Shown piece by piece: positions 46,801-60,210 of a stretch of DNA of 64,000 nt. Numbering within the stretch: position 1 is the stretch's first letter; each line of letters opens with the position of its first letter. The stretch spans positions 76,080 through 140,079 of the forward strand of contig NIVC01002791.1 of the NCBI GenBank assembly GCA_002269645.1, written 5' to 3'. The DNA comes from Macrostomum lignano (taxonomy: Eukaryota). The notes beneath the pieces are model-generated. The model did not search any database, was not told the DNA's origin, and saw only the letters and a program-made list of their open reading frames with translations. Position numbers and translations under genes: made by a program.

Positions 46801-49800
46801 TACTAGCTTTTACAAAATTTAATTAATTATTAATATTAAGCTGGTGGCCGGCTATGGCTTGCCTGCTACCTATTGGCAGAAAAACCTTCCAGAGTAAGCG
46901 GCATGCACGTGCAATTTTTTGGCAAGCCGCCAACGCGTGGTGGAACGTGTTAAATTTTTTTCTCAACTTTTGCTATATTCTTCATGCTGTTTCTGTTTGT
47001 TGTTTTATTTTAATTTATTTTTATCTTTTTTACTATTCGTACAGTAGTACTTAAGTAGTACATATACTTGGATGCTTTCGAAATTTCAATTTTATTTTCC
47101 ATTCGGGTCATATGTCCACTACATGTATATCGAACTGAAACTTATTATTTCTATTTTATAATCTGTCATCTGTCAACTGACATCTGTCCAGTTCGTGTTT
47201 TTCCTTTATCTTCATAGTGTTATTTGTCCGACCAGAGGGTCATCTGTCCAGTTCGTGTCATTCCTTTATCTGCATAGTGTCATTTGTCCGACCAGAGGGT
47301 CATCTGTCCAGTTCGTGTCATTCCTTTATCTGCATAGTGTCATTTGTCCGACCAGAGGGTCATCTGTCCAGTTCGTGTCATTCCTCTATCTGTGTGGTGG
47401 CGTGTGTCGCGTGTAGCGTGTGTCTGGGGCGTTGGTGCTGAGTTGGTCTGTGTGTGTTTTGGGGTTGCGTTGCTCTGGCTATTTTTATCTACCCTCTGTA
47501 CTTTCGTTTGAGCGTACACTGTCGCGTACTCATTCATACTCATACAATTGCTACTTTGCGTTTTTAGTCCCTTTATTAAGCCTTAGTCTCTTAAGTATAT
47601 AAGTCGCTACAGTAGCTACAGTATATAGTAGATTTTTGGGCTAGTACCATCGTAAGTCAAGTTGTTTCACTGGCGACGAGATGTCAGTGTCTACCCACGC
47701 GTTTGAGAACTTTATGACAGAGAAGAGTCCGGGACGGAATACCAGGAGCGACTGGAGCAGTACTTTGAAGCGCATGACAACAGAGAAGATGCAAAGAAAA
47801 GGGCCGTCCTGCTAAGCGTTTGTGGCCGCCAGACTTTTCAAATTGCTCGCAACCTTTGCTCGCCCAGCCAAAGTCGGAGACAAGAGCTTCTCAGATATCT
47901 GCAAGCTTCTCAAAGAACATCACTGTCCTACGCCGTCGGAGATCGTTCAGCGCTTCAACTTCAACAAACGCGTCAGGAAGCCTGACGACCGTATCAACAT
48001 ATCTGGCAGAGCTGCGGAAGCTGCGCAACAATCTGGACGCGATGTTGCGAGACCGACTGGTGTGCGGCATCAACAATCTGGAGATCCAGCGACGATTGTT
48101 GGCGGATCCAGAGTTGAATCTTAAGTCCGCCACTGAAATTGCTCAGGCCCATGAGTCGGAAACAAAGAACTGCGAGGTCAGCCACTCATCAGTGAATCAG
48201 CCACTGGGACCAGCGAGAGTAGCAATACGGAGGATATCTCGATCTCCGAAACGCTAGACGACCCTTTTGCAATTGTTGGCGCCGAGCGGCGCTTGAAATG
48301 CCAGCCTGCGCTAAGCTCGACCTGTACACCAGAGATGACCTATGCAACTTCGGCATCGCTTCCTGGGAGGCCCACACGGACAGGGTGCAGTTCTGTCTGG
48401 AGGCAGCCTCCAGGTGTAGCAAGACTGATCCACCTGCCGATTAAAGTGCAGCCGCCCACGGCATCCTTGAGGCCCTATCCGAAGCCGACATCAGCGCATG
48501 GACCGACAGCTCGGTTGTAGACGGCACAGGACCGGGAGGCAGCGCCGCCATTATCGGCACCAACCTAGTTACCTTCGTCCGAAAAAACCTGGCCGGCCGT
48601 TTCTGCAGCTCCTTCGACGCTGAGATGCGCGCCATCAAGGACGCCCTCACCTTCGTCGCGGAGAAGGTCGGTCCTCGCGCAGCCCGCATCCGGCTGTGTA
48701 GCGACTCGCTCTCGTCGCTCATTGCCCTGCAAGCGGGCCCCCTGGATCAACGCACTGAGAGCGGCCTCTCCTGCTGGCGTCTCCTCATCAACCTGGGCAC
48801 CCGCGAACGCAACGACATCGACCTCACTTGGGTCCCTGCCCACTGCGGCATACCCGCCAATGAAGCCGCAGACAGAGCCGCAAATGCCGCAAACATCGGC
48901 TGCCATTTCGCTCAGTGCCGCCAAGGCCGCAATTCGCCGAGACCGCCGTGCGCTTGACGACAGCGTCATGCCACCAGCCTGGCCGACTTTCCACGCCAGG
49001 ATCCGGGCCGAGCACACGGTGGCCTGCCAACTTCGAGCCGGTGCTTCCATGCTGGCCGCCGAGATCCGACATCGATTCGGTCTGACGGACTCCCCGCTCT
49101 GCGGGGCACCGGACTCCAGTACACACGCGATCTTCAACCCCAAGGGGGACGCGCGCCGCCTACGCATTGTCGGCAATGAATTGGAGCGCCTCCTCGCCGA
49201 GCCGGGCTTGGCTCTCTCGCTCCTACGGAGCATGGGGCGTTGGCCCCTGTCTGTTTCGGCGCCGCTGCGCCGCTAGAGGAGCGCTGAAGAAGAAGACGGA
49301 GGATTCAGTTCTCAAGATTCAGCAAGGAAGAGCACCGGATCAGATCAGACAGGTGCCTGTCGACAAGGCACATGTCCCAAAAATGTCCGTTTATCGACAA
49401 GCAGAATTTCCGGTGCGAGAAAATGGACACACGGCCGGGGCTTGCAGAGAAATCAGCCTCAGCAGGTGGTCAACCAAGTTTCTGAGGCGACAACCATCGA
49501 GAAGGATTAAGACGAGCCGTACTCTCTGTACCAACTTGGTTCCACACCCACACGCAGCGAAACTGTGCTCCCGATAATCACAACAGTTTTCATCGACGGA
49601 CGCCCGTGTCTGATGGAGGTGGACACCAGGACTTCTGTGTCGCTGAGTTCGGAGCGCACCTACAAGGATGTCCTGCACCGCGGCCCCAAGTTAAGCCTAT
49701 CAACTGCTCAGCTAACCACACTCATTTGTTCAACCAGAGGATCAACTGTCCAGTTCGTGTCATTTCTTCATTTTCATAGTGTTATTTTTCCAACAAGAGG

Positions 49801-51856
49801 GTCATCTGTTTAGTTCGTGTCATTTCTTCATCTTCATAGTGTTATTTATCCGACAGGTCATCTGTTTAGTTCGTGTCATTTCTTCATCTTCATAGTGTTA
49901 TTTATCCGACAGGTCATCTGTCCAGTTCGTGTCATTCCTTTATCTTCATAGTGTCATTTGTCCGACAGGTCATCTGTCCAGTTCGTGTCATTCCTTTATC
50001 TTCATAGTGTCATTTGTCCGACAGGTCATCTGTCCAGTTCGTGTCATTCCTTTATCTGCATAGTGTCATTTGTCCGACAGGTCATCTGTCCAGTTCGTGT
50101 CATTCCTTTATCTTCATAGTGTCATTTGTCCGACAGGTCATCTGTCCAGTTCGTGTCATTCCTTTATCTTCATAGTGTCATTTGTCCGACAGGTCATCTG
50201 TCCAGTTCGTGTCATTCCTTTATCTGCATAGTGTCATTTGTCCGACAGGTCATCTGTCCAGTTCGTGTCATTCCTTTATCTTCATAGTGTCATTTGTCCG
50301 ACAGGTCATCTGTCCAGTTCGTGTCATTCCTTTATCTGCATAGTGTCATTTGTCCGACAGGTCATCTGTCCAGTTCGTGTCATTCCTTTATCTGCATAGT
50401 GTCATTTGTCCGACAGGTCATCTGTCCAGTTCGTGTCATTCCTTTATCTTCATAGTGTCATTTATCCGACAGGTCATCTGTCCAGTTCGTGTCATTCCTT
50501 TATCTGCATAGTGTTATTTAACCGACAGGTCATCTGTCCAGTTCGTGTCATTCCTTTATCTTCATAGTGTCATTTGTCCGACAGGTCATCTGTCCAGTTC
50601 GTGTCATTCCTTTATCTGCATAGTGTCATTTGTCCGACAGGTCATCTGTCCAGTTCGTGTCATTCCTTTATCTTCATAGTGTTATTTAACCGACAGGTCA
50701 TCTGTCCAGTTCGTGTCATTCCTTTATCTGCATAGTGTTATTTAACCGACAGGTCATCTGTCCAGTTCGTGTCATTCCTTTATCTTCATAGTGTCATTTG
50801 TCCGACAGGTCATCTGTCCAGTTCGTGTCATTCCTTTATCTGCATAGTGTCATTTGTCCGACAGGTCATCTGTCCAGTTCGTGTCATTGCCTGATCTATA
50901 GCCCCCCCCCCTAGACTGAGTTTCGTCCGTCTTGCGTTCACTGGAGTTAAAAGCTTGCTGTTTATCCTTAGCCCCATATGCTCCTGAGGCCACAAACCCC
51001 GAGGAAGGAAGGTACATTTTAGCTGCCAAAATATTTAGGTGACGCTGCGCAGACAAACTACTACTGGAAGAGAAGACGCACTACTTTTTAACTAATTTGT
51101 GTAGCATATCTGGAAGTTCTATGAGCTAGTATATGTGATAGCGGCAAGAGAACGGCACGAAGTTTCCAGAGATTGAATATCCCATTTGTACTTTTAAAAC
51201 CCGTAGTTTTACACCGAGAAGCGCACACAACTCCAGCCCTAATATGCCGTTGCTTATAGCTCGTACATGTAACATGTACTTCAAAGAAATAGCTATCAAG
51301 AAAAACTTTGCATCATTCCGCACAGTGTTTCAGTCTAATCGCTCTTCCATGGTTTCAATTTTTTTCTGGTACTCAAGCAGCACACCTGAAGCAGCTCGAT
51401 ATTGAGCTTCAATTATCTCACACTCAGTAGTTCTTTTAGTTTCTGCTTTTTTAGCAATACACCAGAGCCAGAGAAATTTACCTGGAACAGGGCAATAAGC
51501 GGTCCATAGTAGATCAGCCTCGCCCATTCGTCAGCATGCGGCGCACACGGTATCGGATTAAATATGAATGGGAAGCTAATTAATACGCAGAAGCTGCCAA
51601 CAACGTGCCAAGTTTTGCGCCGACCGTAGCCACGAAAGCCACCAGGACTGGTTCTGTCCGACTCTAAGCCGACAAACGTGGTGCCGAGCCCATCAGCCAG
51701 CTGACCAATTATCATCAGATTTCCGGCGTTACCCATTGAGAATTTCAGCACATTCATCATGTAGGTAATGAGGTAGGTGAACCAAATCGAAGCGCACAGA
51801 TCGTTGAACACGTGACCGAAGCCGAACACAATGCGTTGAAGACGAGTGAGGGCCAT
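40887..51856 (-). CDS. MFSD12: MFS transporter MFSD12-like, 3 exons: 51482-51856, 42124-42779, 40887-41358
   Basis: FGHVFNDLCASIWFTYL, GQLADGLGTTFVG, YGRRKTWH, FQ|FGWAAVQNSHLSLIP, LNSIRFAFTV, YMLTRLIINVAQVYLP, SAFVYGCMSLVDKLANG. Junctions are GT-AG and phase-consistent; intron 1 is about 8.7 kb. Confidence 0.93.
41545..41720 (+). mobile_element. SINE-like dispersed repeat, copy 2 (in MFSD12 intron 2)
   Basis: Homologous to 24846-25040 (minus strand); ends in (TG)n. Confidence 0.7.
47170..47390. repeat. 60-bp minisatellite, left part of an interrupted array
   Basis: GTCATCTGTCCAGTTCGTGTCATTCCTTTATCTGCATAGTGTCATTTGTCCGACCAGAGG, about 3.5 copies. Confidence 0.93.
47391..49718 (+). mobile_element. 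3'-truncated Ty3/Gypsy LTR retrotransposon (LTR, PBS, frameshifted gag, start of protease)
   Basis: TG...CA LTR 47391-47669; PBS TGGCGACGAG 47671-47680 (complementary to a tRNA-Ser 3' end); gag ERLEQYFEAH, KRAVLLSVCG, LRDRLVCGI; GHTAGAC knuckle remnant; protease MEVDT(R)TSVS. No RT, integrase or 3' LTR. Confidence 0.88.
48236..49295 (+). mobile_element. 5'-truncated RNase-H-containing LINE inserted in the Gypsy gag
   Basis: AWTDSS, SSFDAEMRAI, LCSDSLSSL, WVPAHCGIPANEAAD (RNase H), then a CGAPDS..H knuckle remnant and (GAA)n tail. 9-bp TSD ACGGAGGAT at 48227-48235 and 49296-49304. Confidence 0.88.
49719..50890. repeat. 56-bp (initially 60-bp) minisatellite, right part of the interrupted array
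   Basis: Same unit as 47170-47390; the first units keep the CAGAGG variant and later units are 56 bp. About 21 copies. Confidence 0.95.
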
Positions 51857-52144
51857 GTTTGTGTTTGATTGATTGCACGATTATTGAAGAGGCGGCTTCA
51901 CATCATCAGTTTATGAAGTACAGCGGTTTGTGAAGTAGCATGGCTTGACCTAACAGACTAACTAAATGCTTTACCAACTAATTCTGACAAAGGGCAAAAT
52001 TCTCGGGCAATATTGGACAAACATTGCAACATTTTGTGACAAAGCTCGGCCATCTTGGATGAAAGCTCATGAAATATCAAAAAGACAAGAGAAAGCTAGA
52101 GGCAGGCAAAACCGAAAATTCTCTAAGAATCTCAGACAAAGACG

Positions 52145-52655
52145 CACCAATTTCGGATAAGACCACTTTCCGACAAAGACCTACCAATTACCAATCTCGG
52201 ACAAGACCACTCTCAGACAATGACCGACTAATCTCGGACAAGACCACTCTCAGACAATGACCGACCAATCTCGGATAAGACCACTCTCCGACAAAGACCT
52301 ACCAATCTCGGATAAGACCACTCTCCGACAAAGACCTACCAATCTCGGACAAGAGCACTCTCAGACAAAGACCGACCAATTAGTAGAAAGACTAACCTAT
52401 CTCAGACAAAGACCGACTAATCTCGGACAAAAGACCCACCAATTTCGAATAAAACCACTCTCCGACAAAGACCCACCAATCTCGGACAAGATCATCACTC
52501 TCGGACTAGACCACTCTCGGACACACTAATCTCGGACAAAGACCACTCTTGGAAAAGACCTACCAATCTCGGACAAGACCATTCTGAGACAACAAAGACC
52601 GACCAATTAATAGAAAGACCAACCTATCTCAGACAAAGACCCACCAATTTTAGAT
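52145..52655. repeat. Degenerate tandem repeat built from CAAAGACC/CCAATCTCGGA/CTCTCAGA modules
   Basis: Direct reading. Confidence 0.85.
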
Positions 52656-53027
52656 AAATACAGAAAGATCGATAATAAAAAAGACGGGTCAAATTACGCG
52701 AGAAACAGGATATCTGTGAGAACCCACAAAGTGAGACAAAGATTGACGTTACCTATCTAAGAAAGATTGAACAGCTGCCAATCACTACTATTGATGTTAG
52801 CTAGTGTTTTAGTAAAAAAAAAAATAAAGCTTTTAAGGCATAAAATACAAGACACAAGGCGTCAAGCATTATTTTTGGCTTTTTTAAATACAAAGTTATT
52901 CAATATTGGAACGCAGTACAAATAGTGACATTTATAGAGCAATATATTCATATTGAAGTTTAATTACAACAAAATCTGCTATACGCTCGTATAAGACTTA
53001 AAGCCACATAAAAACAAAAGAAGACTG

Positions 53028-53285
53028 TCCAATCAGCAGGTTGGGGTGGGGTGGCTGCCCAATCAGCAGGTTGGGGTGGGGTGGCTGCCCAATCAGCAGG
53101 TTGGGGTGGGGTGGCTGCCCAATCAGCAGGTTGGGGTGGGGTGGCTGCCCAATCAGCAGGTTGGGGTGGGGTGGCTGCCCAATCAGCAGATTTGAGGGTG
53201 GGGTGGCTGTCCAATCAGCAGGTTGGGGTGGGGTGGCTGCCCAATCAGCAGATTTGAGGGTGGGGTGGCTGTCCAATCAGCAGGT
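53028..53285. repeat. 30-bp minisatellite (CCAATCAGCAGGTTGGGGTGGGGTGGCTGC)n
   Basis: About 9 copies, each containing CCAATCAG. Confidence 0.95.
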
Positions 53286-53706
53286 TAGAGGGTAAGGTGG
53301 CTGCACATGAACAGCAAAGCGCAGTGACGCATATCTCCAGCAACACAGCTAAAAATGAACAAGGCAGCGTACAACATCAGATTTAAAATGAAGTCACGTG
53401 TACTTATAAAATTCGATCAACAACAGCGCCTCATAGTGAATATGTCCAGGAACTTGACCCGCAAAATTTATAATACAACAGTCACTAATCAAATATACAA
53501 ACGAATTTATACCGCTCAGCTAAGCAAGATAGTTGGCGCATCTCTGCTAACCTACTGTCAGTAGCAATCATAAAATATTCACATAGAAATTTGATAACTG
53601 CAAAATTGCGAAATTCAAGACAGGGAACAAAAATTACGGGGCACACGTGTAACGACATCAAATGAATAAGCAATCTTACTAGCAAGTGTCACTGTTGTGT
53701 CACTGT

Positions 53707-56700
53707 TCAAATCACGGTTGACGAATCTGAGGAAAGCGAAGCGCCAGAAGAATCGCCCAGCTTAATGAACCGGTTGATGCCCAGCTGGCTGGCGTGCTGG
53801 TTTAGAAATTCACTCACCGAATCGGGCGAAGCCGCCTCGGGGCTGGACAGGAACTGGGAGACGAGTTCCAGCTGCTGCTTTTTGTCCTGGATTAGGGTAG
53901 GCAGAGGAGGTTTTGCTGATTATTGGTGGCTGATCTGGGAGACTGACTGGGGATATGGGAGACTGACTGGGATTTGGGTGACCAACTGAAGATCTGGGAG
54001 AGTGGATGGGAATCTGAGAGACTTACTGGGGATCTGGCAAAGTGACTGGGGATCTGGGAGAGTAGATGGGGATCTGAGAGACTAACTGGGGATCTGGCAG
54101 AGTGACTGGGGATCTGGCAGTGACTGGGAATCGGAGAGACTGACTGGGGATCTGGCAAAGTGGTTGGGGATCTCATATTCTCTCACTGAGGCACAATGGA
54201 AGTCACCAGCCTCACCTGGATCTCCCTTTCCAGCCGTTTAGCCCGCATCACCTTGCGGAGCAGTTCGCTCTCCCGCTTGTTGCCGACGCCGCCAACAATG
54301 GCGCCCTCTAGGATCTGCGTCATCGGCCGGTAGGCCACCGAGCCAGCTGACGACCGCGCCTGCACTCCGGTGGGCGACTCCGACTGAGACGACGAAGCCG
54401 TCGAAGTCGCCGACACCGGAAGGTGTCGGGCGGCGGCGGCGGAGGTGGCGGCGGATCGCGTCGCGGCACCAGCGGAGAATTTCGCGCCGACGAAGCGGCG
54501 CCAGATTTCGACAGTCGCGGCGGCACAGGCGGAGGCAGCGAAGCGGTCGAGCCCGACACCGAAGAGGCCGCCGACATCATTGAGAATTCGGCATCGTCGA
54601 CAGTTTCAACTGTAGACGACATTGTCAGAGTCGAGTGGGTTGACAGCGAAGGCGACGCGGTGATCGAGTGTCCAGCTGCCGATGTCGACGACGGAGCGAT
54701 GGCAACGAACGGCGGATCGAAGCCGGCGATGCGCTGGTTGTCGGCCACCTTGTAGCCGATGGTGGCCAGCGCCAGGCAGTTCACCCACTTGGTGCGGTCG
54801 CTTTCGATGTCGGCAGCGAAGGTGAAGGTGGTCTGCACCGCCCGGTTCTCGATGTGAAAGGGGTACTTCTGGCCTCTCTCCGACTCGGCGAAGGTCACCG
54901 TCAGGTGAGGCATGTTGATTAGGCCTTCGGCGTGCTCCTCCTGGGTATTTTAGGGGGGGGAGGGGCTATTCATGTTCTACTTATAATTCGATACATATCG
55001 GTGCTGCAAACTAATGGTATGTCAAGCGGTCAAATAGAGCTGTCGATGTGTAAGGAGAATCTGACAGTTTGTGAGGATAATATGACGGTGTCGAAAGAAT
55101 CTGACGTTGTGTCAGGAGAATCTGACATGTGTCAGAAGAATCTGACATGTGTCAGGAGAATCTGACATGTGTCAGGAGAATCTGACATGTGTCAGGAGAA
55201 TCTGACATGTGTCAGGAGAATCTGACATGTGTCAGGAGAATCTGACGATGTGTCAGGAGAATCTGAGAATCAGACGGTGTGTCAGGAGAATCTGACGGTG
55301 TGTCAGGAAAACCTGAGAATTAGACGGTGTGTCAGGAGAATCTGACGGTGTGTCAGGAGAATCAGACGGTGTGTCAGGATAATCAGACGGTGTGTCAGTA
55401 GAATCTGACGATGTGTCAGGAGAATCTGAGAATCAGACGGTGTGTCAGGAGAATCTGACGGTGTGTCAGGAAAACCTGAGAATTAGACGGTGTGTCAGGA
55501 GAATCTGACGGTGTGTCAGGAGAATCTGACGGTGTGTCAGGAGAATCTGACGGTGTGTCAGGAGAATCAGACGGTGTGTCAGGATAATCAGACGGTGTGT
55601 CAGGATAATCAGACGGTGTGTCAGTAGAATCTGACGATGTGTCAGGAGAATCTGACGGTGTGTCAGGAGAATCTGACGGTATGTCAGGAAAATCTGACGG
55701 TGTGTCAGGAGAATCTGACGGTGTGTCAGGAGATTCTGACAGTGCGCTGGAAAGGAAGCAATTTCAAAGAGAACAATTCCGCACCTGAATATTGTCAGTC
55801 TTATAATAGTAGAAAGCGTTATTCTTGAGCACGCAGTAGTGCCGAGTCCATTTAGCCGGCATAATAGTGGATCTCGGCTTCTTCATCAGCAGCCAGCCGC
55901 GGCAGACGCCGGATTCGTCGCTAACGCAGGAGCCGCGCGGATCTTCGCGCGACGGAGTCCGGTTTTGGGATCGGTTTGGGGTCCCGCCGCCGCCGTTGTG
56001 AGAGTGGTTCCGGTTGCGGGAGGGGCTGGTCATTGCCGGGCTGGGGTGCTGCTGCTGCTGCTGGTGCTGCAACTGGAGCTGCTGCTGCTGGTGATCGGGC
56101 AGGCTGCTCACTGACGGATACTTGGGACGGCGAGACTCCGCCGACTCCGTCAGGGTGATCTGCGGCGGCTGCCTGGATGACACGGCTGAATGAGATTCGG
56201 GATGCGGGTTGGGGATGAAAGGTTGATTGATTTATCAGATGGACATTGTCTATCAGACCAGATGGACATTGTCTATCAGACCAGATGGACATTGTCTATC
56301 AGACCAGATGGACATTGTCTATCAGACCAGATGGACATTGTCTATCACACCAGATGGACATTGTCTATCAGACCAGATGGACATTGTCTATCAGACCAGA
56401 TGGACATTGTCTATCAGACCAGATGGACATTGTCTATCAGACCAGATGGACATTGTCTATCAGACCAGATGGACATTGTCAGACCAGATGGACATTGTCA
56501 GACCAGATGGACATTGTCTATCAGACCAGATGGACATTGTCAGACCAGATGGACATTGTCTATCAGACCAGATGGACATTGTCTATCAGACCAGATGGAC
56601 ATTGTCTATCAGACGAGATGGACATTGTCTATCAAACAAGTTGGAAAATATCTATCACACCGGACTTTCTAATTTTCTACAAAATTAGCTTATTAAACCC

Positions 56701-59640
56701 AATAACCAGAGCTGTGCTACTAGAAGCAAACTGAATAACCAGCAACCGTTGGTATGAAGACTTCAGGAGAAAATAGTTACACTGCTACAATCAGTAAAAA
56801 TTCATCACTCTGGAAAAACAAAAGCCAAAACACCAATAAGTCTGTCAATAAAGATGCCAACCTTACCAGATAGCGTCTCACTCTAAGGCAGAAAATGTTA
56901 TTAATAATTTTGATTAATTTTGGAAAGCCATATGCGCACTTATCTCTCATCTATTGAAAGTGGTACTTGAATTGCTATTTTTAAAGAATTAAGACACGCA
57001 AAAGCGGAGCAATAAAAATTCCGGACATTTTTTTACATTCCATTTCTAAGTTTACCTTTCTGCGCATGGGTTAGTACCTACATCTACTTATTACATGTAC
57101 TAAAATTAGTAATTCAACTTAGATGTATCGCTACAGCTTGATGTTTATGGTCTGTTTTCTTTCAACAGGCAGGCAGCCAGTGAACCGGAAAGACGGGAAG
57201 CGTTTGTTAATGAACCACGGCTTCGGCATTCACTACAATTATTGTTCATGCTATGCACTGCAACGTATTCTATCTTAGAAGCTGGATATTTATTTGCGAA
57301 ACTGTTTGCTGCCGTGTGTGCAAAAATGTATCCAAGAGGCTGGCCCAGCAACTGGGGATCTGTGAGGCTGGCCCAGCAACTGAGGATCTGGGAGGCTGGC
57401 CCAGCAACTGAGGATCTGGGAGGCTGGCCCAGCAACTGAAGATCTGGAAGGCTGGCCCAGTAACTGAGGATCTGGGAGACTGGCCAAGCAACTGAGGATC
57501 TGGGAGGCTGGCCCAGCAACTGAAGATCTGGAAGGCTGGCCCAGCAACTGAGGATCTGGGAGGCTGGCCCAGCAACTGAGGATCTGGGAGGCTGGCCCAG
57601 CAACTGAAGATCTGGAAGGCTGGCCCAGCAACTGAGGATCTGGGAGGCTGGCCCAGTAACTGAGGATCTGGGAGGCTGGCCCAGCAACTGAGGATCTGGG
57701 AGGCTGGCCCAGTAACTGAGGATCTGGGAGGCTGGCCCAGTAACTGAGGATCTGGGAGGCTGGCCCAGCAACTGACACTATGAAGCTAGCCCAGGAACTG
57801 ACACTATGAAGCTAGCCCAGGAACTGAGGATCTCAAAGTATCTCGGAAGCATAAAAAGCCGACACTCACAGACGGTGAGCACGGACTCATCGTGCTCTAT
57901 ATGCGTTGCCATCGGGTGCCCTGAGGAGCCGCTAAACTGCCTGTCGACTCCAGCGGGACCCAGAATCAGGCGAGACGTCACAGCGGCCGACACGGCAGCT
58001 GCGACAGCAGCAGCCTCGGCCTGGGTCCTCTTCTTGGAGCCGCGTTTGAACTTCGGCGGTCGCTGCTTGCGGCCGCCCGGCCGACCCTGTCGGGACTCCG
58101 AATAGCAGGGCCGTTTGCGCAGCACCAGTTGCAGAACGCCGGGCGTCTGCTCGATGATGCTGGATACGCACTGATGAGGCAGGCAGACAACTGGCTGATC
58201 GGCGACGGCGAGAACTTCGTCGCCTTTCTGAATCAGATTGCCGTAAACTGCGGACTCGTTGGTCACCTCCGAGATGACGTGGGTAGCCAGGCTGTTGTTC
58301 AGGGTGAGGAGAGTGATGCCCTGCGGATGCGAGGGTATTGGGTCATGCGATTGGGATCGATTTGGGGTCTGGGATCGATTTGGGGATCTGGGATCGATTG
58401 GGGGATCTGGGATCGATTTGGGGATCTGGGATCAATTTGGGGATCTGGGATCGATTTGGGATCTGGGATCGATTTGGGGATCTGGGATCGATTGGGGGAT
58501 CTGGGATCGATTTTTTGGGATCTGGGATCGATTTGGGGATTTGGGATCAATTTGGGGATATGGGATCGATTTGGGGATCTGAGATCTATTTGGAGATCTG
58601 GGATCGATTGGGGGATCTGGGATCGATTTTTTGGGATCTGGGATCGATTTGGGATCTGGGATCGATTTGAGATCTGGGATCGATTTGGGGATTTGGGGTC
58701 GATTTGGGGATTTGAAATGGATTTGGGGATCTGGGAACGATTTGGGGATCTGGGATCGATTTGGGGATTTGGGGTCGATTTGGGGATCTGAAATGGATTA
58801 GGGATCTGAGAACGATTTGGGGATCTGGGATCAATTTGGGGATCTGGTATCAAGTTGGAATCTAGGATCGATTTGGGGATCTGGGATCGATTTCGGGATC
58901 TGGGATTGGTTTAGGAATCAGGGATCCATTTGGGGATCTGGAAGTAATTTTGGGGATCTGGGAAACGATTTGGGGATCTGAGGATCAAGCTGAGGATCTA
59001 GGGTGGAGGATTTTTCGAATCAGATTTTAGAATCTTCGACGATGGGAAATCATCTGACTTGACTATGAATTAGGCGTGATAAGAAGTTATAAAGCGAGCG
59101 CGCCGCTAGCATTGACGCATAAATAGCAAAATAATCATAATCAAGAATTATCTGCACCATTGAATTGGAAATCATGTTCTCTAAAATAGCATTAAATCGA
59201 GGCTGGCAACCAATTCATTAATATTTTAATTAATGATTTTATTCGAATCATTTCAGTCCCCAAAGCTGCTATGAAAACACCAACGCAGGGCAGGGCCGAC
59301 TCGCAGATGCCAATCTGCTGTGCCGCCGTTGGTCGGGCAGCGGAAGCAACTGGCAACTGCTGCTGCTGCTTCTGCTGCAAGGCTGCCTGTCTCAATCGGA
59401 AATCTGCAACGAAGCCCATCCTATAGTCTGCGGCCGCGGGCTCCCTGCTGTGATCGCTGTCTGCCTCATCATCGTCTGTTGTTGCTGTCGCCTCGAAGTC
59501 TTCTTCTTCAAAGTCGAAGAGACCCTTTGTTTGTTTGCTGGCAAATTTATAACTTGCGTTTTGATAGCCACTGTGGATTGATGCGGCATACAGCTGTCTA
59601 TCTGTCTGTCTGTCTATCTGCCTGTCCGTCTGTCTGTCTA

Positions 59641-59675
<35 letters not shown>

Positions 59676-59676
59676 T

Positions 59677-59707
<31 letters not shown>

Positions 59708-59980
59708 GCCTGTCTGTCTCTCTGTCTGTCTTTCTGTCTGTCTCTCTGTCTGTCTTTCTGTCTGTCTCTCTGTCTGTCTGCCTGCCTGTCTGTCTGTCTG
59801 TCTGTCTGTCTGTCCTTCTGTCTGTCTGTCTGTCTGTCTGCCCGTCCGTCTGCCTGTCTGTCTGCTTGTCTGTCTGTCTGTCTCTCTGTCTGCCTGTCTG
59901 TCTGTCTCTCTGTCTGTCTGTCTCTCTGTCTGTCTGTCTCTCTGTCTGTCTGTCTGCCTGCCTGTCTGTCTGTCTGTCTT

Positions 59981-60039
<59 letters not shown>

Positions 60040-60050
60040 GCCTGCCTGCC

Positions 60051-60086
<36 letters not shown>

Positions 60087-60158
60087 AGTCTGTCAGACTG
60101 TCTGTCTGTCTGTCTGTCAGTCTGTCAGACTGTCTGTCTGTCTGTCTGTCAGTCTGTC

Positions 60159-60210
<52 letters not shown>

